Origin: a bacterium
Lineage (GTDB): Bacteria; Spirochaetota; JAHITG01
DNA: 47,723 nucleotides
Assembly (NCBI GenBank): GCA_028711675.1
Contig: JAQTRT010000001.1
Coordinates: 1-47,723, forward strand
Direction: 5' to 3'
The notes beneath the pieces are model-generated. The model was given only the letters and a program-made list of their open reading frames with translations. It had not been told where the DNA came from and searched no databases. A program made the position numbers and the translations under genes. Positions 18,701 through 26,634 of this stretch are shown one piece after another. The first letter of the stretch is position 1. Each line of letters starts with the position of its first letter.

Positions 18701-19882
18701 TTATTTTTCCGCGCCGGTGCCTGTTTTCTGCTGAGCCTGGCCGCCGGTTATCAGGCGTATTCTCTGGTTCTCCAGATCGCAGATGTAGAAATTGCCTTTC
18801 CCGTCGCCGAAAATATCGACGGGATGGGAGATCATGCAGATATTGGCAGGTGCGCCGTCCCCGGAAAAACCGAATTCGCCGATCCCGCATATTGTGGATA
18901 TGGAATTGTCCTTATCAACGATCTTCCGTATCCTGGAGTTCATGGAGTCAGCTATATATACAGCATTGGCGTCAGCCCATAAACCATAAGGCAGGTTTAA
19001 TTTTTCTTCGGTTGCCTTTAAAATATCACCATAATATCCATTGATTCCGGGGATACCGGCAATAGTGGAGATGATGCCTTCCCGGCTCACTTTCCTGATA
19101 ATGTGATTATCTTTGTCTGAGATATACAGTTCACCGTTGACCGGGATGACGTCCCAGGGTGTCCTGAGGTTGGCGATATTGGCCAGTTCACCGTCGCCGC
19201 CGTATCCCCCCATGCCTGTCCCGACCAGGTTATAGATATAGCCCGGGCGGGGGTCGGGGATGATCTTTTTGCTGTTGTCGCCGGCGATGGATCCTTTGAA
19301 ATAAATCACCCTGATCTTATTGTTATAGGTATCGGCGATATAGATATTGCCGTTTTCATCCAGGGTGATGGAGGTCGGCCAGGCAAAATCAGCTTTCACG
19401 GCCGGGCCGTTGTCTCCGCTGTTCCCGAACCGGCCGGAACCGGCCATAGTGCGCATGATACCGAATTCATTTACCATTCTGATCTTGTTATTTCTGCTGT
19501 CGCATATGAAGATGCGTACTTTTTTCTTTTCCTTATCAACGGTTTGGACATGAACGCCCATAGGAAAGGCCAGATTGCATTTTACGGCTCTTTGTTCGTC
19601 ACCGTTGAAACCGAAGTTGCCTGTCCCGCCCATGGTATGGATGACCTGAAGGTTATCGATCATTCGTATCCTGTTGTTCTGCATATCAGCGATATAAATA
19701 TTACCGAGATCGTCAAGGCAGATGCTCATGGGATTGTATAAAGATGCGTCCAGGGCTTTGATCCCGTCGCCCGTATATCCCATAAAACCGTTCCCGGCTA
19801 TTGTATCGATGGATTGGGCGCTTAAATTATAGGTGAAAAGGGTTAAAAAAAGGCAAAAAGATAGTATGATTATTTTTTTCAT
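18701..19882 (-). CDS. Secreted NHL-repeat beta-propeller protein
   Basis: Signal peptide MKKIIILSFCLFLTLFTYNLSAQ is followed by about six repeats of the type GNIYIADxxNNRIRxI / GELYISDKDNHIIRKV. Confidence 0.8.
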   Translation of the reverse strand: MKKIIILSFCLFLTLFTYNLSAQSIDTIAGNGFMGYTGDGIKALDASLYNPMSICLDDLGNIYIADMQNNRIRMIDNLQVIHTMGGTGNFGFNGDEQRAVKCNLAFPMGVHVQTVDKEKKKVRIFICDSRNNKIRMVNEFGIMRTMAGSGRFGNSGDNGPAVKADFAWPTSITLDENGNIYIADTYNNKIRVIYFKGSIAGDNSKKIIPDPRPGYIYNLVGTGMGGYGGDGELANIANLRTPWDVIPVNGELYISDKDNHIIRKVSREGIISTIAGIPGINGYYGDILKATEEKLNLPYGLWADANAVYIADSMNSRIRKIVDKDNSISTICGIGEFGFSGDGAPANICMISHPVDIFGDGKGNFYICDLENQRIRLITGGQAQQKTGTGAEK

Positions 19883-20004
19883 GGAAACCTCCGTTCATTT
19901 TATTTTTTCAAATAATAATTCTTATATTTTTAATGTCAATAAAAATATGGAATAATATTAAGGTTCCCTTAATATTTTTTAATGGATTGTCAATAAAATA
20001 TCAC

Positions 20005-20032
20005 TTGACAATGTTTTTCCGGAAAGTATAAT
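20005..20032 (+). promoter_or_regulatory. Consensus sigma-70 promoter for the 20042-23389 operon
   Basis: TTGACA (20005-20010), a 16-nt spacer, then TATAAT (20027-20032). The ATG at 20042 lies only 9 nt after the -10 element. The -35 is part of the 8-bp inverted repeat ATTGTCAA (19986-19993) / TTGACAAT (20005-20012). Confidence 0.6.
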
Positions 20033-20041
20033 TTAGTTTAA

Positions 20042-20497
20042 ATGAAAAAAATAATCTCATTCCTGCTGATAATCAGTATTTTAGCCTTTATTTTTGAACC
20101 GTCACAGGTCAAGGCCGGCGGGCTTAGTTTTGGAAAAGGATGGGCCTGGCCTTTACTGGGAGTTTCTGTGCTGGCTGGTTTTGGAGCTAATTATTTACGG
20201 AACAAGGCGATCAGCCTGAACGATGATGCGGACACATTATATTCCGAGTATATGGCCGTTCCCCAGGGTCAGCCGAACGATGTTTTTGAAAAAAAATATG
20301 AGGCTTACGAAGATAAACTGGCTGAAGCTGAAGGCATGCGCACGTATTATTTGATCTGCCTGGGCGGCAGTATCTTAACGCTGGCCGGCGCCATCTATCT
20401 TTTTACCTATAAACCTTCCAGTAAGATCGTTAGTTTTGGTTATCAAACGGATTATAAGAACCAGAGCAACGATGTATTCGTTAAGGTTAGATTTTAA
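20042..20497 (+). CDS. Small hypothetical envelope protein (signal peptide plus two hydrophobic segments)
   Basis: The N-terminus MKKIISFLLIISILAFIFEPSQVKA looks like a signal peptide. Hydrophobic segments are WPLLGVSVLAGFGANYL and YYLICLGGSILTLAGAIYLF. No family was recognised. Confidence 0.45.
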   Translation: MKKIISFLLIISILAFIFEPSQVKAGGLSFGKGWAWPLLGVSVLAGFGANYLRNKAISLNDDADTLYSEYMAVPQGQPNDVFEKKYEAYEDKLAEAEGMRTYYLICLGGSILTLAGAIYLFTYKPSSKIVSFGYQTDYKNQSNDVFVKVRF

Positions 20498-20506
20498 AAT
20501 TAAACC

Positions 20507-21796
20507 ATGAAAAAAATCGTTTTTATTATCATTATTTTTCTCCTACTGGCCGGATGCAGTAAGCTTTTATTGGATTTTGAAAAACATCCCAGGGGCGATA
20601 ATCCCAATGATCCCATGGGGCCCACGCCTCCTACGGTTGAAAACGACGGTTCATGGCTTTTCATGGTATACCTGGATGCAGCCAATAATCTGGAAGAAGC
20701 AGGAGTAGCGGACCTGGATGAGATGACCAAGGTTGATTTTACCGGATACAGCGGAAAGAATATCACCAAGATCGTCCTTATGGACCGCATCAACGGCTAT
20801 TCCACGGCTGACGGGGACTGGAAAGGCGCCAAGCTCATCAAGATCGAACCCAACGGAGGTAAAACGTATTTAAGCAATGTGATCAACGGCACTGCTGTCA
20901 GCCGGGCAGGGAATGCGGAGATCAACATGGGCGATCCGAATACTTTAAAGGATTTTATCCAGTACTGCATCAATAATTACGGCACTGGGATGAATTACTT
21001 TCTTCTCGATATCTGGAATCACGGCGGCGGCTGGAGAAACGACGGTGATCCGCAGAATGATATACGGAAGGCCATCTGCTGGGACGATGATAACGGCTCG
21101 GATACGCTTTATATGGACGAAGTACAGCAGGCTTTGTCTGCAGCCGGAAAAAAAATGGATATTATTTATATGGATGCCTGCCTGATGCAGATGATGGAAG
21201 TGAATTATGAATTAAGGAACCTGACCAGTTATCTTGTCGCTTCCGAAGAGACAGTACCGGGTAACGGCGGGGATTATACGGATATTTTTACGCGTTATAA
21301 GAATCTTACGGATAAACATACACCGTATAATTTCAGTTATGAGATCGTGGGTTCCTACAGGAACCAGTATTACACTACATCGGATACGACCTTATCGGCT
21401 ATTGATGAGACAAAAATCTCCGCGTTCATGACAGCTCTTAATACATTCGCGGATAACCTTCAGAAAGTGGACGGAGCCAAGATCAAGGACGTACGGAGCA
21501 AGACTAAAAGCTTTGCTTATACGGACCAGGCGGACCTGTATCATTTTGCCCAGCTCTGTAATGAGAAAATCAGCGGAGGTGTGGCTGGAGCTTCTGAGGT
21601 CATGTCCGCTGTAAACGCGCTCATGATCAAAGAATATCATCACGGTTCCAGTATGAGTGACTGCCACGGGATTGCTATTTATTTCCCGCCCAATCCTTCC
21701 CAGGTGGACGCGACTTATTGGACCAGTTCCGGTCTTGATATTGTAAGCGCAGGAAGCAAGTGGGTTAATTTCCTGCAATGGTGGAAGCAGCAATAA
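20507..21796 (+). CDS. Clostripain-family (peptidase C11) lipoprotein
   Basis: Has the lipobox LLLAGC, followed by WLFMVYLDAANNLE, the catalytic His region LLDIWNHGGGW, the catalytic Cys region IYMDACLMQMMEV, and VASEETVPGNG. Confidence 0.8.
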   Translation: MKKIVFIIIIFLLLAGCSKLLLDFEKHPRGDNPNDPMGPTPPTVENDGSWLFMVYLDAANNLEEAGVADLDEMTKVDFTGYSGKNITKIVLMDRINGYSTADGDWKGAKLIKIEPNGGKTYLSNVINGTAVSRAGNAEINMGDPNTLKDFIQYCINNYGTGMNYFLLDIWNHGGGWRNDGDPQNDIRKAICWDDDNGSDTLYMDEVQQALSAAGKKMDIIYMDACLMQMMEVNYELRNLTSYLVASEETVPGNGGDYTDIFTRYKNLTDKHTPYNFSYEIVGSYRNQYYTTSDTTLSAIDETKISAFMTALNTFADNLQKVDGAKIKDVRSKTKSFAYTDQADLYHFAQLCNEKISGGVAGASEVMSAVNALMIKEYHHGSSMSDCHGIAIYFPPNPSQVDATYWTSSGLDIVSAGSKWVNFLQWWKQQ

Positions 21797-21838
21797 AAGA
21801 AGGACCGTATCCCGGCATTTAAAAACGAGGAATGGCAT

Positions 21839-23389
21839 ATGAAAAAAGTATTGATTTTATATCTTATCCTTCTGGGCGTATCAAACCTGCACGGGACCAC
21901 AACGCGGGTAAAGAGCCTTGGTGATGTTGAGAATCCGGTCACAGGCAAGATCTCAGGCCTGATAAAAGATGATATTACGGATATTTATTTTAATCCGGCC
22001 CGGGTTAATGATGTCAAAGCCTTTCTTGTGCTTATGGCCGGGAACCTGCATTATGGATACCAGGATGATTCAGGTCTGAGCCAGGATGAAAAATGGGAAT
22101 ACTTCAAGGTCATAGAAGGCGTCACGACCAACCAATCCAAAGTAACATATGACCGGAAAGGATATGATTTTGAATTTAACACAGGCGTCCTGATCCCCTT
22201 ACAAGCTATAAACCTTTTTATCAACTACCAGCCGTACTGGATCATGAATAATGAGGATTATTCGTTCAACACTAATGTGAATTCCGGCAGCAGCGTTCTT
22301 CTGAAAAGCCGCAGGCACTCCTATACGGAACAGAAGATTCCGTTCGATATCACGCTGGGATTCAATATAAGGGACGCCGTACTCCTGGGGCTCCGGGCAG
22401 GTTATTTTCATTCCCGGCATGAGGAATTTTTCAGGGACCAGGACGGCAAGGTGAGCAAAAAGAGCGATTTTAACAATGATAATTATATTCTCGGAACAGG
22501 CTTGAAGTTCAATTTTTCCAGAAAGATCAGTTTGAGCTTTGCCGCTGATTTCAGTATCAGCCAGAAGGATGAGTCGCCTTTAAGGGTCGAAGGCGGATTT
22601 TCAGGTGCCGGGAACTACAATTATGATGATGCGCAGATGCTGTATCATTACATTACGGCCGAACAGGAGGCCGGTTACAATTTCAGGCTCATACCGGAGA
22701 TTTCCCTGAGTGAATCGAAGGAAGAGTTTATCCGCATCATGCTGGAAGTCAATTTTATTGATTACAATAAAAAATTCAACTTTAATGAAAAAGGCAGTCT
22801 TAGTATCTATGAGATAAAGGATTTCAATAAAAACCAGGCCTTCGGGAACCTGGGCGCTAGTTTCAACCATATCTTAAGTGAAAGCACAAAGGCGATCTAT
22901 GGCCTGAAGTATACCGGCCTTGTGAAAGGATTGAACCAGTATAAATTTTATGAGAACAGGAATGATAAAACGAAATACAAAGAGTATAAGGAAGTGGATT
23001 ACGATCATTTTCTGAATATTTTCGTGGGCTTTGACACAAAGGTCACGCGGTATCTTTTCCTGAGAAGCGGCTTGTCGCAGGGCCTGTACCGAAAGAAAAT
23101 CGTCAAGGAGTATGACAGCAGCGTTGACCAGATTCTGGGCACGACAGTCGATGAGACCAGCCGGATCTGGGAAGAATATATGCCCGGTACCGTGTTCTCC
23201 CTGGGCTTCTGCATCCAGCCCATGAGCCGTTTGAATCTGGAATTCGATTTTACAGGTTCAAAGGACTGGGATATGCAGAACATTACACGTTACAACGAGG
23301 TTAAGAAAGTGAACGGCAGGAAAAAAGAAGAGACCATTACCAAGAATTACGATTTAAATTTTGGTATCAGCCTGACATACAAGATCTGA
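21839..23389 (+). CDS. Outer-membrane beta-barrel protein with an N-terminal NPA motif (FadL/PorV-like by motif only)
   Basis: Signal peptide MKKVLILYLILLGVSNLHG, then DITDIYFNPARV about 35 aa later. The rest shows alternating amphipathic beta-strand character, ending FGISLTYKI. Confidence 0.55.
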   Translation: MKKVLILYLILLGVSNLHGTTTRVKSLGDVENPVTGKISGLIKDDITDIYFNPARVNDVKAFLVLMAGNLHYGYQDDSGLSQDEKWEYFKVIEGVTTNQSKVTYDRKGYDFEFNTGVLIPLQAINLFINYQPYWIMNNEDYSFNTNVNSGSSVLLKSRRHSYTEQKIPFDITLGFNIRDAVLLGLRAGYFHSRHEEFFRDQDGKVSKKSDFNNDNYILGTGLKFNFSRKISLSFAADFSISQKDESPLRVEGGFSGAGNYNYDDAQMLYHYITAEQEAGYNFRLIPEISLSESKEEFIRIMLEVNFIDYNKKFNFNEKGSLSIYEIKDFNKNQAFGNLGASFNHILSESTKAIYGLKYTGLVKGLNQYKFYENRNDKTKYKEYKEVDYDHFLNIFVGFDTKVTRYLFLRSGLSQGLYRKKIVKEYDSSVDQILGTTVDETSRIWEEYMPGTVFSLGFCIQPMSRLNLEFDFTGSKDWDMQNITRYNEVKKVNGRKKEETITKNYDLNFGISLTYKI

Positions 23390-23408
23390 CCCGGAGGGGA
23401 AGGGGGTA

Positions 23409-23843
23409 TCATGTTGTGAAGTTGACGCTGGTGTTCTTTTCCAGCGCCGTATCATCGCCGGGAGTGTTCTGGCTGGCGATCTGAGCCCATACTTCTTTCA
23501 GTTCCGTCAGCATTTTCAGGACTTCATCCACAGGTTCGGTCTTTTTATAGATATTCGCTTCAATAAGCCGCTTGTTCATGTAAATATAAAGATTATACAG
23601 TTTGCTGGCAATATCACCGGCCTCCATGTTGAGGGAAAGGAGGAGCTCCATGATGATATCCTGGGCGCGTGTGATCTTGTTATGGACCTCCTCGGTTTTT
23701 TTATTGATGATGGCATCCCTGGCGGCATTCAGGAACTTGATGGCACCGTCATAGAGCATCACGATCAGCTTCCCCTGGTTGGCTGTCTTGATCTGCGTCT
23801 CTTTATATTTATCGATCGGATTATTTGATTTCGGACCGTTCAT
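23409..23843 (-). CDS. fliS: Flagellar export chaperone FliS
   Basis: YKETQIKTANQGKLIVMLYDGAIKFLNAA...AQDIIMELLLSLNMEAGDIASKLYNLYIYMNKRLIEAN is the typical FliS four-helix pattern. Confidence 0.85.
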   Translation of the reverse strand: MNGPKSNNPIDKYKETQIKTANQGKLIVMLYDGAIKFLNAARDAIINKKTEEVHNKITRAQDIIMELLLSLNMEAGDIASKLYNLYIYMNKRLIEANIYKKTEPVDEVLKMLTELKEVWAQIASQNTPGDDTALEKNTSVNFTT

Positions 23844-23899
23844 TCATTGACTCCTGTTATATCATCGTCGCTGACTAAAATAAACTTTACCTGATTCTG

Positions 23900-24508
23900 T
23901 CAGTCCCGGATCTCTGATATGATCTCGTGGATGAGGTCATAGGTAAATCCGTTTCCCAGCAGGTAATTTTTTATTTTATTCAGGTCCTTCTTTTTTTCCT
24001 TAAAATGCTTCCGGAGCAGCTTCCTGGCCATTTCTGGTTCATCATATTCCGCATATATTTTTTCCAGAGCCGGCGAGATGAGCTCCTTTTTAAATTTTTT
24101 GTTCCTGAGGATATGCTTCAATTTCAGCTTTCCCATGGGTTTCAGGTTCAGTTTGGTCCTGGCGTACTCATGGATGATCTTAGCATCATCGATATAGCCG
24201 TATTGTTTAAGGTTATCCAGGACCTGATGCGCTGTCTTTTCCGGGAACCGGCTGACCAGCTTGGCATACAGTTCATTCTCTGAATAGGTCTTCCCGGCCA
24301 CGAGACGGTAGGCGTAATCTTTGGCTTTTTGCAGGCTATAAGTATGGATAAGCTTCTGAAGCTCTTCGTCGGACAGGCTGGTGTCAGCCCTTAACTGAAG
24401 GTACTGTAAATCTTTTTGGGATAAAGAAAAAGCAAATTGCTCATCCACATAAACAGAGAAATAAGCCTTGTTCCTTTTTTGAGGAACAATTTTCGAAATG
24501 ACCGGCAT
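23900..24508 (-). CDS. recX: Recombination regulator RecX
   Basis: A 202-aa protein of repeated three-helix modules with a RecX-like pattern: AKDYAYRLVAGKTYSENELYAKLVSRFPEKTAHQVLDNLKQYGYIDDAKIIHEY. Confidence 0.75.
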   Translation of the reverse strand: MPVISKIVPQKRNKAYFSVYVDEQFAFSLSQKDLQYLQLRADTSLSDEELQKLIHTYSLQKAKDYAYRLVAGKTYSENELYAKLVSRFPEKTAHQVLDNLKQYGYIDDAKIIHEYARTKLNLKPMGKLKLKHILRNKKFKKELISPALEKIYAEYDEPEMARKLLRKHFKEKKKDLNKIKNYLLGNGFTYDLIHEIISEIRD

Positions 24509-24514
24509 ATAAGG

Positions 24515-24913
24515 TTATCTTTTTGAGAACTGGAACTTTTTCCTGGCTTTGGGATGGCCATATTTTTTTCTTTCTATAATGCGGGAATCACGGGTAAGGA
24601 GACCTTCCTTTTTCAGAATGGGCCGGAATTTGGGATTAACCAGGATCAAGGCCCGGGCAATGCCTAATTTGATGGCATCGGTCTGGCCTGTTGTTCCGCC
24701 CCCTTTCACGGTAATGGTGATATCATAACCGTTTTCGCTGGAAGTCAGGATCAGCGGGAGTTTGATCAGACTCTGCTGTCGCGGGACCCGGATGTAATCC
24801 TCCAGGGATTTCTCGTTGACCATGATCTTTCCCGTGCCTATTTTTATCTTTACCTGGGCAGAAGATTCCTTCCGTCTGCCTGTGGCATTAAAAACTTTCT
24901 TTTCCAAGGTCAT
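24515..24913 (-). CDS. rpsI: 30S ribosomal protein S9
   Basis: Contains GGGTTGQTDAIKLGIARAL and the C-terminus RKKYGHPKARKKFQFSKR. Confidence 0.95.
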   Translation of the reverse strand: MTLEKKVFNATGRRKESSAQVKIKIGTGKIMVNEKSLEDYIRVPRQQSLIKLPLILTSSENGYDITITVKGGGTTGQTDAIKLGIARALILVNPKFRPILKKEGLLTRDSRIIERKKYGHPKARKKFQFSKR

Positions 24914-24919
24914 GCCTCC

Positions 24920-25345
24920 TTATGCATTTAATAAAACAGGATTCTGGGCTTTATGGGGGTGGTCCGTGCTTCTGTAGACCTTCAGCCTGGTCATCAGTTT
25001 ATCTTGTAGCTTGTTCTTCGGAAGCATCCCTTTCACTGCGCTGTTGATCAGATATTTCGGATTGGTCTTTAACAGGGAACCTGCTGTCTTTTGTTTAAAC
25101 CCGCCCGGGTAATTGGAATGCGTTGTGTAAAGCTTTTTATTCAGTTTATCGCCGGTCAGTTTGATCTTATCCGCATTGACGACGATAACAAAGTCGCCGC
25201 AGAGAGCATCATGGGTATAGGAGGTCTTTTCCTTGCCCATCAGGATATTGGCGATCCGGCAGGCCAGGCGGCCAAGGATTTTATTTTCCGCATCAATGAT
25301 ATACCATTGCTCCTTTGATTCATTTGTCCGTTTCGTAATTCTCAT
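24920..25345 (-). CDS. rplM: 50S ribosomal protein L13
   Basis: WYIIDAENKILGRLACRIANILMGK...GDFVIVVNADKIKLTG...HSNYPGG is L13, in the conserved rplM-rpsI order. Confidence 0.95.
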   Translation of the reverse strand: MRITKRTNESKEQWYIIDAENKILGRLACRIANILMGKEKTSYTHDALCGDFVIVVNADKIKLTGDKLNKKLYTTHSNYPGGFKQKTAGSLLKTNPKYLINSAVKGMLPKNKLQDKLMTRLKVYRSTDHPHKAQNPVLLNA

Positions 25346-25526
25346 TTTTCTTCTCTCCTAAAAGAATAAATTATAAGGCAGAATTTATACTTTTTTAATA
25401 TAATGTCAATAAAAATATTACTGAAATAAGCAGGAGAACCCTGGATTATTTAATTTTCATTAAAAATAAAGCGATTCCGGCATATTTTTTATTATTTTTC
25501 AATAAAATTATACTAAAAGAAGAGTC

Positions 25527-26432
25527 TTAGTCCTTTTTTAAGAAGTCATTCACGTGAAAATCTTTCTGTTCCCCCAGATATTGCTTTAATTTATTTAAAA
25601 GCTTGGTCTCGATCTGCCTGACCCATTCCCGTGAGATGTTGAATTTTTCACTTAATTTCTGCAGGGTCCAGGGTTCTTCTGTCAGGAGCCGTTTTTCCCA
25701 GATGATCTTTTCCTGGCCTTTAAGGTCCTTGCTGAAATCAGTTAATTTTTCCTTTAATTTTTCCTTTAATTCCTTATCGATGATTTCTTTTTCAATGTTA
25801 ACATTATCCGTTTCCAGGATCTCGGACAGGTTTTTATTGCTTTCATAGACATTCTGGTCCAGGGAGATAACGCCTTCATTGAGCCGTCTGTTCATGTCTA
25901 TGATATCCTTTTCATCCTCTCTCATATATTCCGCCAGTTTTTTTGTGTTATCCGGATCAAAACCAGCGGCGAATAATTTTTCTTTTGCTTTTTTTAAAGT
26001 ATAAAAAAGGCGTTTTTCTGCGCGTGATCGTCCGATGCGGATGATACTATAATTATCCATGAGATATTTTAAAATATAAGCTTTGATCCACCATTGGGCA
26101 TACGTGGCAAAGCGGACCTTCCGTTCGGGGTTGAATTTTTTTATGGACAGAATGAGGCCCAGATTCCCTTCCTGGATAAGATCGAACAAGCTTAAATAAT
26201 ACTGATTATAGTATTTAAATGCGATCTTCACAACGAGGCGAAGATGAGCCATGAGCAGTTTTTTAGCAGCTTGTACATCGTTGTGTTCTTTATACTGCTG
26301 TACGAGGTTTTCTTCTTCCTCTTTCGTGAGATAAGGATACTGGTCCACCTCCCAGATATAATGTTTAACAGGATCAGCAGGGGCTAATGAGAGGTTTGGA
26401 TGTTTTTTCCTATTTGTTTCCTTTGAAGTCAT
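25527..26432 (-). CDS. RpoH-like (sigma-32 group) RNA polymerase sigma factor
   Basis: Region 2 reads DLIQEGNLGLILSIKKFNPERKVRFATYAQWWIKAYILKY, followed by an RpoH-box-like IIRIGRSRAEKRLFYTLKK, and region 4 reads LQKLSEKFNISREWVRQIE. The start was set to ATG 26432 because the longer track start (26456) lies inside the predicted promoter. Confidence 0.75.
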   Translation of the reverse strand: MTSKETNRKKHPNLSLAPADPVKHYIWEVDQYPYLTKEEEENLVQQYKEHNDVQAAKKLLMAHLRLVVKIAFKYYNQYYLSLFDLIQEGNLGLILSIKKFNPERKVRFATYAQWWIKAYILKYLMDNYSIIRIGRSRAEKRLFYTLKKAKEKLFAAGFDPDNTKKLAEYMREDEKDIIDMNRRLNEGVISLDQNVYESNKNLSEILETDNVNIEKEIIDKELKEKLKEKLTDFSKDLKGQEKIIWEKRLLTEEPWTLQKLSEKFNISREWVRQIETKLLNKLKQYLGEQKDFHVNDFLKKD

Positions 26433-26442
26433 ACCCTGATAA

Positions 26443-26470
26443 AATATAGCCACCATTTTTTAAAAGTCAA
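26443..26470 (-). promoter_or_regulatory. Sigma-70-type promoter of the sigma factor gene
   Basis: The minus strand reads TTGACT (26470-26465), a 16-nt spacer, then TATATT (26448-26443). The ATG at 26432 lies 10 nt downstream of the -10 element. Confidence 0.45.
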
Positions 26471-26634
26471 TCAAGTTCTGAGGATTTCCGTTATCTTTTT
26501 TCCCTGCCGGATCAGGATAGGAATCCCCGGGCCACAGAGGGAGCTTTAAGAAATATTTGATTTTTTTATAAAATATGATAAACTGATTAAGTTTTGTCGA
26601 TCGGGTGAAGGTGTGATCGATCAGGGAGGTCCGG

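Noticed and set aside
25731-25775. Short direct repeats (aatttttcctttaat twice) that could suggest a repeat array.
   Set aside because: They lie within the sigma-factor coding sequence, encode a KEKLKEKL low-complexity stretch, and number only two units. This is not CRISPR-like. No CRISPR-like array was seen anywhere in the window.
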